Source: Hydrolagus affinis
Lineage: Eukaryota
Length of the DNA stretch: 64,000 nt
Reading direction: 5' to 3'
NCBI GenBank assembly: GCA_012026655.1
Contig: JAAILG010000017.1
Span: forward strand, 62,001-126,000
Shown here in pieces: positions 11,555 to 23,815 of this stretch. The notes under the pieces are model-generated. The model ran no database searches, was not told where the DNA came from, and saw nothing but the letters and a program-made list of their open reading frames with translations. The number at the start of each line of letters is the position of its first letter. Position 1 is the first letter of the stretch. The translations under genes were made by a program, and so were the position numbers.

Positions 11555-13260
11555 GTAAGATTGTTGAAATCGAGTTGATGATGTGTTCCACTCTGGGTGC
11601 ATTCCGTGCCGGTTCACTCTGTTGTTCTGAACGGAAATCAATTTTAAACCTGAGCTGCAATCGTCGTCTAGCCCAGCCTGACTTCCAACTTGTTTCACTC
11701 CCGACGTCAATTTGGATGCTCGGTGCCGAACGAGAAACGCGGCCAATTGAACGCACAAAAAAAAAAGTTGTCACGTACAAGGCTCGAGTTTCTCACAGAA
11801 AGGAACCAAGGGGGGAGACAAATGTTTTCGAAAGGTAAAGTTCATTGTCCAGAGTAGCTGCAGGGTGACAAGATACAGGAACTCGGGAGCCACAGGAAGG
11901 TGGTTTTTCAAGGAGAAAAGGAGATGTGTAATTGTTCCCCTGGCAGAGGCTTGTAAGCAAAGGAAAACCCGAAGGAAGGTCACTTTGGAACACTTTTAGT
12001 GCTTCGTTATTTTGTCAGTTCTGAGGCTTAGTGGAAACAGACCAAAGAACAGATTTCAAATAAAACTGCTCAGATCAAACGATCTCGAGAAGTGCTTTGC
12101 TTTTATTAGCAATTACACAAGTCGGCTTGCATGGTAGAGGCTGAAGCTGGCTTATTGGAAACATAGGTGATCTTATTTAGAACGTGCATTTCAGCATTTA
12201 GCTATAGCAGCTTTCACGTCGAAAAAGTCTCAAGAGTCTTCACGCAACTGACTTGATGTCTGAAGATGGGAGAGGAGAGGGAGAGCTTTGTGTGTGTATG
12301 TGTGAGAACGGTGGCCAAATTGTAGTACAAGAGAGTGGTTTGAAGGCGAGGAGGGTGGGGACAAGGTAAAGCGACTCTAGGGATGAATTTTCAAAGAGTG
12401 GGAACAGAGTGGCTGGAATTGTACCCATCAAGCAAGGGGTGACGCACATATGGGACATGAAGCAGCCAGTTCTTGTCGTCTCTGGCTTCTTGCTGTCGCT
12501 TATCTGTTTTCTTGTGTTTTTGCCTCTTTAGTCCTCCTCGGACTAACAAACCCTCTATCATCTGCTCCTGTGTATATTCTTGTTCGTCTCATTTTATCTT
12601 TTAAAACGTCATGTGTCCGTTACATGGAGAATAATATGGCACTTACCCATGAAATTGAATCAACTGGAAGAGAATTTTAGATATCCATTTGATTGCAATT
12701 GAAAATGCGAATGTTTCATTATGTACAAGGCAGGTGGAATGGCTTTGGTTTTCAGAAAAGACTCCAGAAATGCACAAGGCTGATACTGGTGTTTGTGTCC
12801 CAAGATGTAAAATTTATTTAGCAGGAGATCGCATGCTGCTTGTGCGTTTTTCTTCCCCAACAACAGGGTAACGGAATGCTGTCATTCTTAGCATATCTTC
12901 TGAGGCAGACAATAAATGCTGCATAAAGTCTTCTGCATTCTTTACCATTGCAAGTGACTCTTAGACCCTCCTCGCCCCTCTCCACACCCGTAAAGTCCAC
13001 TCTTCAAGACTCTTTCCAACTGTTCGCCAAACCTCCCCTCCCTTCCTAGCTCGGGCTCCCAGCCAGCTGTGTGAAACACTTTGAAACACCCTCTTAATGA
13101 TGCTATGTAAATCATTGTTATTTGTATGCCAATTTGGGCTAAAGTCACTGTAAAAATAATGTTCCGTAGAACCAATTATGAAATGTCGAGACATTCCCAT
13201 GAAACGTGGCATTAGTACGTTACCACCTCTCTCTCTCTCTTTCTCTCTCTCCTCATTCAG

Positions 13261-13416
13261 GAAGGAAAGCAGGCATCTCTAGCATCAGATTTCTCCATCA
13301 CTCAGTTCAAACACCTGGGCAGATTACTGATGGTTCACGGACGCAACAGCTACAAGAGGTCGGCTGCGCTCAGCCAATTTGTGATCCACAGAAGCCTGTG
13401 TATCAGTACAATGCAG
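13261..13416 (+). CDS. ATP9A: ATP9A internal exon
   Basis: (CT)n tract+cag|gaa...cag|gtaatc; 156 bp, [52 protein letters not shown]. Confidence 0.96.
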
Positions 13417-14663
13417 GTAATCCAGTCTCCGTGAGTCTCCTTCCTATCCAGTGATACCACATGTGACGTACTGTGTGTAGATGCATTTTATGCTTCACTT
13501 AGAGAACGCTTTGGAATGCAAAAGGAGACACTATAAGGCAATAACGTTAAAAATCAGAATCAAGCGGGAAGTGAGTGTGGAACAGAGAGCAAATGAACTA
13601 GTTTCTTTCCACAAATCGGTTCTGAATAGCAGTTTTGTAAAAATTCCATGTGGGGATTTTGAGGGGATTTTTTTGTGGTGGTTGTTGTTGCCCATCAATA
13701 AATGTACCAATTTTAACAGGGTGGGCTTCTAACAGGAAAAATATGTACGGAATGGAGGTTAGCGCATTTAACGACCAGCGTAAAATTGACCCTGTTGGAG
13801 GTTAGTACTTGGGAACCTAGGAGCCAGCTTTTAATGGGCCAATGTTAGGGCCACTGTCAACGGAAGCACGATGATTTATTGTACCATGTGTTTGTTCTGA
13901 ATTCCTTCCACTTTGGCAGTTTGAGTTCTACTGCGTGTAAAGTAAGCAATAAAACAAATTATGACTAATCCATACTGCAGATCATTGCGTTGATGACCTT
14001 TGACAGTCAAGATGCGTGGCAGTGCACGGCTCATTGCACATTTGGCAGCCACTCAGCAAATATGCACTACGTGAGAGAGGAAATCCGAGTGACATTTTGC
14101 ATGTATAAAAAAAGGCCACTGGCAAAGATTTAAGGTCTAAACGGCAGCCTTTTATTTTCTATGCCCCTTTGTCAAAAGAATCTAAAAATCGGATCCGACT
14201 TTTCATGAGAAATGTGTAACCCTTTTATCCACATGTCCTTAAAATTCCGTAAACAAATGTCATTTCGTGTGGGATTGTTAATATAAACTTTGGAAAAATT
14301 GCCAATGCTGTCCCTTTCCTCTATTGTACACTTCCTTTACTGCTTGCTCCTTAGATTCTTAGAAATGTAGCCCAGTCCTCAGCTTATGAGAACATTTTGT
14401 ATAATTTTGTAGCTTGAGTAAAAATGCAGTTCACTCAGCTTGGTGCTGCTTGAATGTCCTGATCAACAATTATAGGCACCAAGTACAAATTGACTTTGTT
14501 TTATCACAAATCCTCCAGCAATCGCTGAGAAATGTAACTTTTTATTTGCAATTAGTTGTGTATTAGTGGGAACAAAGAAAATTTGCAGGTCAGAACCTCG
14601 AATGCAACAAAGTGTTGGGTTCTCAGTGATGGTTTTTATTTTTTGTTTGCTTATTATCTAGAT

Positions 14664-14830
14664 ATAATAATAATCCTTGCATTAATAATCCGTTGAGGTA
14701 AGGGGCTACATCAAATGCAAGGATTATTATTACAGGCTTTATTGTAAAGTGGATTGATTGTGTATTTTATGGGCGAAATGTGACAGCCAATTGTGCACAG
14801 AAGTGTGCCACAAACAGTCACGGATTGAGT
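14664..14830 (-). mobile_element. Rearranged SINE fragments
   Basis: aataataatccttgca, caaatgcaaggattattatt and cagccaattgtgcacagaagtgtgccacaaacagtca motifs. Confidence 0.75.
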
Positions 14831-15497
14831 GAATTTTTTGAATGGATAAAATAATAGCTATAAAATAATATAACAATAGCTGGCCAAATATTTGTTTCAG
14901 TTGAATCTGTTTTAGCTGATGATTTGTGTTATGGCTTTTGCTTAGTATAGGAACAGCCATAGATTATCAGAATTATTTCTTTCATACCAGGTGCGTTTCC
15001 AAGGGGATAATGTAACATTTACTGTGTTTATGGATGTTGAACAGTTCCATAAAACAGTTTTGAGGCATCTGCAGGTGCCTCGCAGTTCCACTGGAGAGTG
15101 TGTTTCTATCACTTTTTTGTCCCCAAATTCTGGGTTGCAGAGATCACCTTGCTACAGGCCAGAACAGACATTGAGGGCAGGAAGTCTTGGTATACTGAGT
15201 CTTGCACAAAGTATTTCAATCAGAATTGCACCTAGCGATGGATTAAAGTCATAATATCCAAATATGTTCAGACAGATGTGTTGCATATAGGTGACGAACA
15301 AAGAGCCCCAAACATTAAATGCACTAGTTTATTGTGTATATTGTTATACGATGGATCTAGACTGGTATACCTTTGATTGCTGGTACAGATCCAATACCAG
15401 TCTAACATCACCTACCTGCAGTCCTGCATCAAATAGTTGTCTGCCTCTGAAACCGATACTGTCCTATTTCAGCAACTGACTTTTTATCTTTTCACAG

Positions 15498-15562
15498 GCT
15501 GTTTTCTCTTCAGTATTTTATTTTGCATCCATTCCTCTGTATCAAGGATTCCTCGTCATTGG
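15498..15562 (+). CDS. ATP9A: ATP9A internal exon (transmembrane region)
   Basis: tcacag|gct...gg|gtaagt; 65 bp, AVFSSVFYFASIPLYQGFLVI(G). Confidence 0.95.
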
Positions 15563-15782
15563 GTAAGTAGGTCTAGCCGAGTACATTTTGATGCACATTC
15601 TCCATCCTCATTAAAGTTACCCAGATCCACTATAAAGATGCTTTTTGTTAAAGAGTAAAGAGCGACAAAGATTTACTCCCTAGAAACTTAATTGCCCAGC
15701 GCATCCCGAGGGCAGATATAGTGCTATCAGAGAAAGGTGCTGTGGACAAACAGAAACTAATGTTTTGTTTGCATCTCTCCAG

Positions 15783-15891
15783 CTATTCCACCATTTATAC
15801 AATGTTCCCAGTCTTCTCTCTGGTGCTGGACAAGGATGTCAAGTCGGAAGTTGCAATGCTGTACCCAGAACTCTACAAAGATCTCACTAAG
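15783..15891 (+). CDS. ATP9A: ATP9A internal exon
   Basis: ctccag|c tat...aag|gtacac; 109 bp, [36 protein letters not shown]. Confidence 0.96.
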
Positions 15892-16621
15892 GTACACCGA
15901 GAGGAATCGAACTCCTGCAACTTCTCTGCACTAAAATCAGATATACAGCTTCATGTTGTTGAAGAACACCTCCTTTACAGACCTGTGGACCGGTGTGCTT
16001 TACCAGACCGCCAGGACTGCTTGCCACAGCTTGTCTGAGATTGGACTGTAAATGGGGTGTTTTAATGCTAGACGAAGAATCTTGGTGAAATTCTCCCATT
16101 AAAGCACCGTCCAAGTGAGAAGTTTTCTTGCCAATATTTTTCAACGGGACTAACATTTGCATCTGATTGTTTAAAACAGCTATAACATTGCACGATTAAT
16201 CACTGCTGTTAATTGCCTGAAGGATTAATCTCAGAAAACTGTGTTACTGCTGCAGATGTACAAACTGATACCAGTTTAGGGAGTGGTGACGCCTTGTTAT
16301 GTTGATTGCATCTTGCATGCGCTGGGGTGAAACTCGTGAGGACAGTTTTGTTTTCGGCTGTGTGTTAAGGCTGAGAAAAGATCTGAAAGCTCGTTAAATG
16401 ATCAGAGAATAAAAAAACGGCCTTTATTTTGCTTCCCGGATCGGGATTTGGTTTTACGAGTGAACCTCGCAAATGCATTCAATTCCCGTAAATCGCAGTT
16501 CATGCAGGAACTTTGCAAATGGAGAAAATTGACCCCAAATTGAATAATAGGATATTTTCTCTGAAGTGAGGCATTCTGCAGGATTTTCAGGAATGTAAAC
16601 TTGTCCTCTTCTTTCTTTCAG

Positions 16622-16679
16622 GGTCGACCACTCTGCTTCAAAACCTTTTTGATATGGGTTTTAATTAGTATATACCAAG
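16622..16679 (+). CDS. ATP9A: ATP9A internal exon
   Basis: tttcag|ggt...caag|gtatgg; 58 bp, [19 protein letters not shown](G). Confidence 0.95.
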
Positions 16680-17489
16680 GTATGGAAATTGCATATTTCA
16701 CTCTGTTGACTATCGGAGCCAGTGGGTAATGGGGGGAAACAAAGGGTAGGCGTGGGATGACGCATATTGGGTCCGGATGCATGAGATGCCTTCATAATGG
16801 TTTAAGGAATGCGAGCACACTGTTCACATGCCTCTCCAGAGATCTGAGTAAGGAACAGGAGCAGATTGAAGCTGATTTGTTTCGAAATAATAGTTGATCC
16901 TAGCCGTATAATTCAACCTTTAAGGATTGTTGGTTGGAAAGCGATTTGGATTTCAGGTTGCATATAATGCCTATGGAGCAGATTGTGTGATTTCAGTCCC
17001 TGTTTCATTCATCGATCAAAATTGATTGGCTCCCAAAGCTGCCAAACCCAAATTTAGCTGTGTTTTGTCGCTCTTAATTTGTTTTGTTTCTAAATAGTTT
17101 TACTCTTGTGTTTTGCTTTCCAAAAACTTGAGGTGCAGCTTAATGAATGCCTTAAGGCTGCAGTACCTACCCTGTAGTAGTTCTTTCCGTGGGATCCTCA
17201 AAGTATTGGCTCACGTGGAGGCTGTTCCATGTGATGGGGGGGAGAGGGAGTGAGTTGGGTGACCCTTTTACACCGTTAACACAATCTCTCTCCGCTAGGG
17301 TTAATAGGCTCGTGCTAATCGCTCGACCAAAACAATGCTTTGATCAGGTGGGCTGATTTGCTTAGCCCTCATTTCAAATGCTGGCGGGATGCGGGGTGGG
17401 GGCAGGGAAATCCACCAGGAACTGGGATTCTCATTTCCCATATAACGTGGATATCCTGTAACTCCATCCTTTCTGCTTCGCTCCTCCAG

Positions 17490-17693
17490 GTGGTATTATA
17501 ATGTACGGAGCACTCCTGCTGTTCGACTCGGAGTTTGTACATGTGGTGGCCATTTCCTTCACCTCGCTCATTCTCACAGAGTTACTGATGGTGGCACTCA
17601 CAATCCAGACGTGGCACTGGCTCATGGTGGTCGCAGAGCTTCTCAGTCTCAGCTCCTACATCGCCTCTCTTGTCTTCTTGCATGAGTTTATAG
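17490..17693 (+). CDS. ATP9A: ATP9A penultimate exon (transmembrane helices)
   Basis: ctccag|gt ggt...atag|gtaagt; 204 bp, [67 protein letters not shown]. Confidence 0.96.
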
Positions 17694-18753
17694 GTAAGTT
17701 TTTGGCAACGCAGGCCGCCAATTTAGACCCAGATCCTTGGGACGTCCTTCTAACGTGAAAGGCGTCTTTTCCATATATAAACCTCAAGTTGTTGTTGTTG
17801 TGGACACCTCGCCTTACATTTGAAGACTACGCCATTGAAAATAGTGGCTGTCCTGCAGTTGTACATAATGTGCTGAAAAGATTTCTGATGTTTCAGCAAA
17901 CTCTGCTTTTAAACCTCAGACCAGAATTTACTAGGCAACAGACAACACAGCCCGCCTTTGCACGCAAAAAGATTGTGCCTTTTCTGATTCAAGACAACAG
18001 CCAGTGGTGGGAGAGAGGCTAAGTTAAGAGTTGCTCCTATCATAAAGCCTAACCCTCTGCTGATGAGCCACTCTGTAAAATGAGTCATATACTTATTTTA
18101 TGGTCTGCTTACATTGCTCAGCTGTTTGTAATTGAAATTAACATCCCGGGGGACACCCTGTTTAGTTAACCTTGTTTTATACGAGGGGGGACGGAGGGAG
18201 GGAAGTTTTGTAGAACCAAGGCACATGTGAATTGAATTTGTGAATTGAGATAGTTTAGCCTGGTTGTGGACCTTCTCTCTCCTGATCTCAGTGGAAGGTC
18301 TGCACAGACAATCAACAGGTACAGCTCATCGCTCTCTCTACAGTGCCTTAGGACGTCCTCCTGAAGTGAAAGATGCCATACAAGTGTAATTTTATTGTGT
18401 GTTGTTATTATTGTTGTAAGTGGCGAGAGCTCAGCCCACAGCGGCCGAAGCCAAATGCTGACCATTCTGTGTTGCCAAAGCCCTGGGGAAGTGGCCATTT
18501 GGCCTGATCTGGATTCCATTGAGTTTCCTAATAATAATAATAATAATAATACTTTAATTTAAGATAGAGCCCTATCCGTCTCAAATCGCTTCACAGGATG
18601 TACCGTAAAGAGGATTGACTGTGTATTTTGAGGGTGAACCCAGACATGACCTTTTCCCCTACTGTGATACAGCACAGAAACAGACCACTCTGCCCAACCA
18701 ATGCCCACTATTCCCTAACCCGTGTTGCCTCTCTCTTGTCCTTACACTCACTC

Positions 18754-18994
18754 AGGCAAGTTTCCTTACTCCACACACCTGATAATAATCCTCGAAGGGA
18801 AAAAACAACAAAAAATGCTAATAATTTGGTCACTCAATCCACGACTGTTTGTGGGACACTGCTGTGCGTAATTGGCTGCTGCATTTCGTGCACAAATATA
18901 CAATCAATTCACTTTACAGTATATTCTGTGAAGCTCTTTGAGACGTTCTAGAAGATGCGAAAAGTTCTATATCAAATGCAAGAATTATTATTAT
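18754..18994 (+). mobile_element. SINE copy lacking the tRNA head
   Basis: ggcaagtttccttactccacacctgataataatcc...tgtgggacactgctgtgcg...aaatgcaagaattattatt. Confidence 0.88.
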
Positions 18995-20445
18995 TCTAAT
19001 TATATTACACTCATCAAGTTAATTAAATACATGGAAGGGCTGATATTCCAACTTCTGGACGAGACTGCATCACTAGGATTGCTCCCCAAGTAAACTAAAT
19101 GGGAATATCTATTTTGCCCAAGATTGTCTGATGAAGATTAATTCTGCATTGAAAGTCAATTGCTGCCCCTCAAGTCACGAAGTGTGTGAATGAGTGGAAA
19201 GTGCAAAGACTCTTTGACCTTTCGACACTCGCTCTTGTGACAGGGTGATAGTTCAACATCCTTCACAGGCATGGTTTGTTTGCAGGTCGTGCTAATAGCA
19301 TCAGCTGTGCAGCAAAGGTCAAGGGAAAGGAAAGAGAAGGCTGGTGCTGTAGAAAGTAGTAGGGACCGAACGTGACTTGCATGCATGCACTGAGAACCGG
19401 GTGTTGCGCATATTCATGCAGCCAAAACTGTTGGGTTTGCGGGAATCGAAATAACGGCGACAAATGGAAATTTCCCTTCACTTCGCAGAAACATTCACTT
19501 GTTGTCTCTTCGCGTAAGTGGAAGTGGTTTTGTTTCTCACGCTTTACTGGCAAAAACAAACCGAGAAATTTGATGATCTGGTGTCTTTGCTTGGGGGTGG
19601 GTGGGGATCGATGCTTGCATGGCGGGTTAACGTTTTGGGAGTGAAATTTATTGTATTAAAAATCACGGTGTGCGTCTGGCATCTTGACAAACGGCAGCAA
19701 TTTGACCCGAGAAGATTTAAGCTGGAATGCATTTGACTTGAGAGTGGGCAGGTATGCAGGGAGCCGATAGACTCACCACTTCCACAAGGCAGTTTTGACA
19801 TGAGTAAGGTTCCACTCCTCCTCTGAGGAAGAGGATGTTTTTTTTGGTAAACTGTAGCCAAATGCAGTAGCCACAGCGACCCACGTACAACTTTGAGGTG
19901 AATAACCAATTAAACTGGTTGTTGGCCAGGTCAGCCTACCAGCATAAGCAATGTTCTCTGTACCCACAAAATATGCAATCGATCCAGTTTATATTACGTT
20001 CTGTGAAGCGCTTTGAGACGCCTCGAAGACATACTAAGGCGCAAATCAAACTCAAAGATGATTATTATTATTAAACCGTAGCTCTTCTGAGAGTGCTTTC
20101 TCCTACCCCACACATCCCTCACTGTGTGTGTGAAAGCGAGAGGTGTGGGTGTATCTGAGAGTGGTACATTCATCGCAGGTTTATGTGGGAATGTTAGTGA
20201 AAGGTGTGGGCGTTCAGTGAGGGGTATCACCTTTGTTGTCGCAATTTTACTTAAAAATGAAGGTTTTCAAACATTTTTACTTGCGCTCGAATATAGTTTT
20301 TATTCTCCTTATTTTCTTTTCTTCTATTTTTCTTTGATGTTTCCCTTCTGACTGATGTACCAAATGCAAAAGGCAGTTTGCTAATCAGCCATTGATTAGA
20401 CCGTCAATATTAGCAGTCAGTCTCAATGTTGACATGTCCATGTGA

Positions 20446-20600
20446 TAATAATAATAATCTTGCATTTGATATCGTGCCTTATTGCATTCTCAATGCGCTT
20501 CACAGAATATATCGTATAGCGGGTTGACTGTGTGTTTCTGTGGGTGAAACGCAACAGCCAAGTACGCACAGCAGCATCCCATAAACAGTTATGGATTTGT
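20446..20600 (-). mobile_element. SINE 3' half
   Basis: ataataataataatcttgcatttgatatcg..gcgcttcacagaatat..cagcagcatcccataaacagt. Confidence 0.8.
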
Positions 20601-20761
20601 GTGATGAAATTTTAGAAGAGCACAGAAAGAGCTACACAATATATCTGTTTCTCGTCCAGTGTGTTCAGGTTGTTCTGCCTACATCCGCATTGGCAAAAGC
20701 CCTTGGTACGGACAGTGATAAAAATGGTGACTAATGCACCACCATATTCTTTCTGTTGCAG

Positions 20762-20898
20762 ATATCTACTTTATCATCACTTTGTCCTTCCTGTGGAAGG
20801 TGACAGTCATCACTCTTGTCAGCTGCCTTCCGCTGTACATATTGAAGTACCTCAGAAGGAGATTCTCTCCGCCAAGCTACTCCAAGCTTACCTCGTAA
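20762..20898 (+). CDS. ATP9A: ATP9A terminal coding exon
   Basis: ttgcag|at atc...tcg TAA; [45 protein letters not shown]; the C-terminus [14 protein letters not shown] is diagnostic of ATP9A (ATP9B ends RRKLSPPSYCKLAS). Confidence 0.97.
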
Positions 20899-23204
20899 AC
20901 CCTGCCGACACGGACAATAGCTCCTCGAGGGAGGCACAGCTGACGATTTGTAGTATACTCAACTGACAATTTGCAAGCACTACTGGACGGGACTAAACTG
21001 ACACTGTTAACAGTCGCCAGTCGTGGCCAACTACTGAGCATAATAACTGGCTTAAAGTGGCTATTGGTGGGTGTGGGGGGGTTAGTGGGGGAGGCAGAGA
21101 GAGGCGAGCCTGCTGCTTTAGAATATTAGGATTGAACAAAAAGGGAATGGCAGCACTGATCAAAAGGAGGAGGGTAGGTGAGAGATTCATTCACGTTGGG
21201 AAATGGGGCCAATCGAACACTTGATGAAACAGAACGGTTTGACCACTGCATCATCTATTTATATCTTTGTAATCTGTTTCCTCAACTGCCTCTATTGTCC
21301 CGTATCTTAGCTACTAGTATCTTCTTCCTTCCCCCTCCCCCTTTTACAACCTTGGCCTACCCCCACCCCCCCAAGCGCCCCCTCGCCACATACAACCACT
21401 GCCGTTTTACCTTACCGTTGTCACTTAGCAGAGTATTTGTTTTAAGCTTGAAATATTCCCTTGATTGCCCCCCCCGATTCATCTTGGACACTTTGAGCTG
21501 TATGAACCCCAGTTTCTTCATGAAGTAAGTGGCTGAGATCCAGTTCAATGTGGATCACAGCATTGGGCATGTTCTTCAGAAGCTCTTGATGTTGAAACTG
21601 ATGTGTTTAATCAGGCAGTTTGCTCTTTCACTATAAATGCCTGTTATTTGTGTGAGGAGAGTGGTGGTATGGGTGGGGGGAGAGGGGGGTTTGGAATTGG
21701 CTCCTAAAATTAAAAGTGGGGAGGGGGAGATTGAATACCACACAACGTGGGACGGACACTTTATATTCACAGGTTATTTTAAAAAAAATACGCTCTAAAT
21801 TCCCCAAAGTAGCAGATCATTTTCATTCCTTCTTAACCAGTTTCTCTTAATCTGAACCTAGTGTGTTGATGACCTAAATGAGATTGAGCCTTTCACTGGC
21901 ACTACATGCAAAACCATATTCTTTTTAAGGTACTTTTCGTGGGATGACGTGGCATTAATAATCATGTCCTGTGAATGTTCTTTTTAATATGTACCTGATT
22001 TGGGATCAGGCAGAACTGGAAATAAAGAAAAGATTTGTGTGTCGAAAAAAATTATTTTAATTCTAAACTGGGTAAAGTCACAGTTGGGGATATTGTTTCT
22101 TTAAAGATAGTGTTTTTCAGCTGATCAGGGGTTGGAGAAAGAGAACAAGTAGTTATAGTATTTGAAGACAAGTGTAGCAGAAAATTTCCAACTGGATTCT
22201 GCAAGAAAGGATACCAGGAAATATACAACACTGACTTGTGCGAAGTGCGCTATGCTGGAATCTGCTGCCAGCGTGATGTTCCTACGAGTTGTTCAGGTGT
22301 AACTGACATTTTTCATCCATCAGAAGGAATTTATAAATGAATCCCATTAGAAATTGCCCCCAAATCAGACTCGGAGAGTGTGACTATTTGCATGCCCTGA
22401 CTGAATGACTATTTTACTGGGCACTGAGTAGTGACTAGTCCCTCCAGGAAACTGGAGATATCTTGGGAATGTGCACATTATCCGCTATTTCAAAAAAAAA
22501 AATTGTTGAAGGGATATTGGGGACGTTTTTCTAAAGTGTGATTTTTATTTCTCGCGCGCACGTGTGTGATCGACATTGCTCGATTTAATGGCATTTCTTT
22601 TTTAAAAAAGATACGTTCTGTAAGAGAACTAAACCCACAACTGCCTCCCGAGCAGCAAGTGCTGGATCATGAATGTCCTTCTTAGCTTTGCGGTGTCTGT
22701 TGTGTAAGCACGGGTTTCTGATGTCCGAGCCGGATGTTCCCAGCATTACAGTCCCTGGAACCCATTTCTCCAAAGCCCAATACAGTTTACATGGATTTCA
22801 CGTTGCCCAATGTGGGCAATGTATGTGTATGCCTTTTGAATAACATGTATCATTGGCGTGTCTTGATAACTAACTATTTATTGTGATGCTGACACATTTT
22901 GTAGCTTTTGTGAATTTGGACAACCGAGTGTGAATACTGTAAGTCCAGTAATTGTATTTGCAATATATTCCTGTGTCAAGGATAAACTCTTTGCCTTCAT
23001 CTGAATGGTGTGTAATGAATAAGATGTTTTTTTTGTTGTTGGAAAATTCAACAGAATCTGAGAAAGTCTAGCTGATATGCATGGTTAATGGTGTCATCTT
23101 AAGAGCTGTCCTGATTGTCTTTGACTCAGTAGATAATATGATATTCCTTACCATGCTAAAATGACCAATTTTTTCTTAATCTGGAGGATCGTGGATCAGG
23201 ACAT

Positions 23205-23358
23205 CAGGAGAAACTCTTCTCTTTTCAAATAGTGCCACGGGACAGTTAACATCCCTCTGAAGAGTCAAAAAGTACTTTGGTTTAATGTTTCATTTAAGGA
23301 AAGCACATTACACAGAGCAGCACTCCCCCAGCACTGCACTGGAGTGTCAGCCTTGACC
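23205..23358 (-). mobile_element. Old Deu-domain SINE relic at the ATP9A 3' end
   Basis: Reverse complement ggctgacactccagtgcagtgctgggggagtgctgc...cccgtggcactatttgaaaagagaagagtttctcc matches the Deu core of SacSINE1/AmnSINE1-type SINEs. Confidence 0.8.
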
Positions 23359-23381
23359 AGGGGTCTCCAAACAGTCCATTG

Positions 23382-23396
23382 CCGCTAGGTGGCGTC
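23382..23396 (+). promoter_or_regulatory. Candidate CTCF binding site
   Basis: CCGCTAGGTGGCGTC fits the CTCF core consensus CC(A/G)(C/G)(C/T)AG(A/G)(G/T)GGC(A/G). Confidence 0.55.
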
Positions 23397-23526
23397 TCAT
23401 GTCTGCTCAATAAAAAGAAGAGGGAGTTTACACAATCAAATGTATCGTTTTTTGAGCCGCATGGAATGCTTTCTTTTCATTTGCACTAAATAAACACATT
23501 CTAGTGCTGCTTCCTCTAGTCTTTGT

Positions 23527-23815
23527 GGAGTCCTGTAGCTCAGAGGCTAGAACGCTCACCTTACATGTGAGAGACCCGGGTTTGATTCCAGGCAGGGTGA
23601 AACCATTGGCAAGTTTCCTTACTCCACATGCCTAATAATATTCCCTCAAAAAATAATAAATTGCTCACTTTTATTCATGAATGTTTGTGGGACACTGCTG
23701 GGTGCAATTGGCCGCTACTTTTCACTCACATGTATACAGTCAATTCAGTTTACAATACATTCTGTGAAGCGCTTTGAGTTGAAAAGCGCTAAATCAAATG
23801 CAAGGATTATTATTC
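23527..23815 (+). mobile_element. Full-length copy of the same tRNA-derived SINE
   Basis: ggagtcctgtagctcagaggctagaac head, ggtttgattcca B box, same body and aaatgcaaggattattatt tail. Confidence 0.9.

Larger units (their letters stand above)
20899..23500 (+). other. ATP9A: Probable ATP9A 3' UTR (end uncertain)
   Basis: Follows the stop codon; largely repeat-free to ~23200; AATAAA at 22021-22026, 23409-23414 and 23489-23494; AU/GU-rich terminal-like block at 22780-23040. Confidence 0.55.

Noticed and set aside
23527-23600. tRNA gene calls at SINE heads (also 8590-8663 and 25962-26010)
   Set aside because: The A/B boxes run directly into the SINE body, with no proper acceptor stem or terminator.
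23760-23768. Roquin CDE-like TTCTGTGAA in SINE tails
   Set aside because: Only a 3-bp stem flanks the UGU loop, it occurs in most SINE copies, and this copy is probably beyond the poly(A) site.
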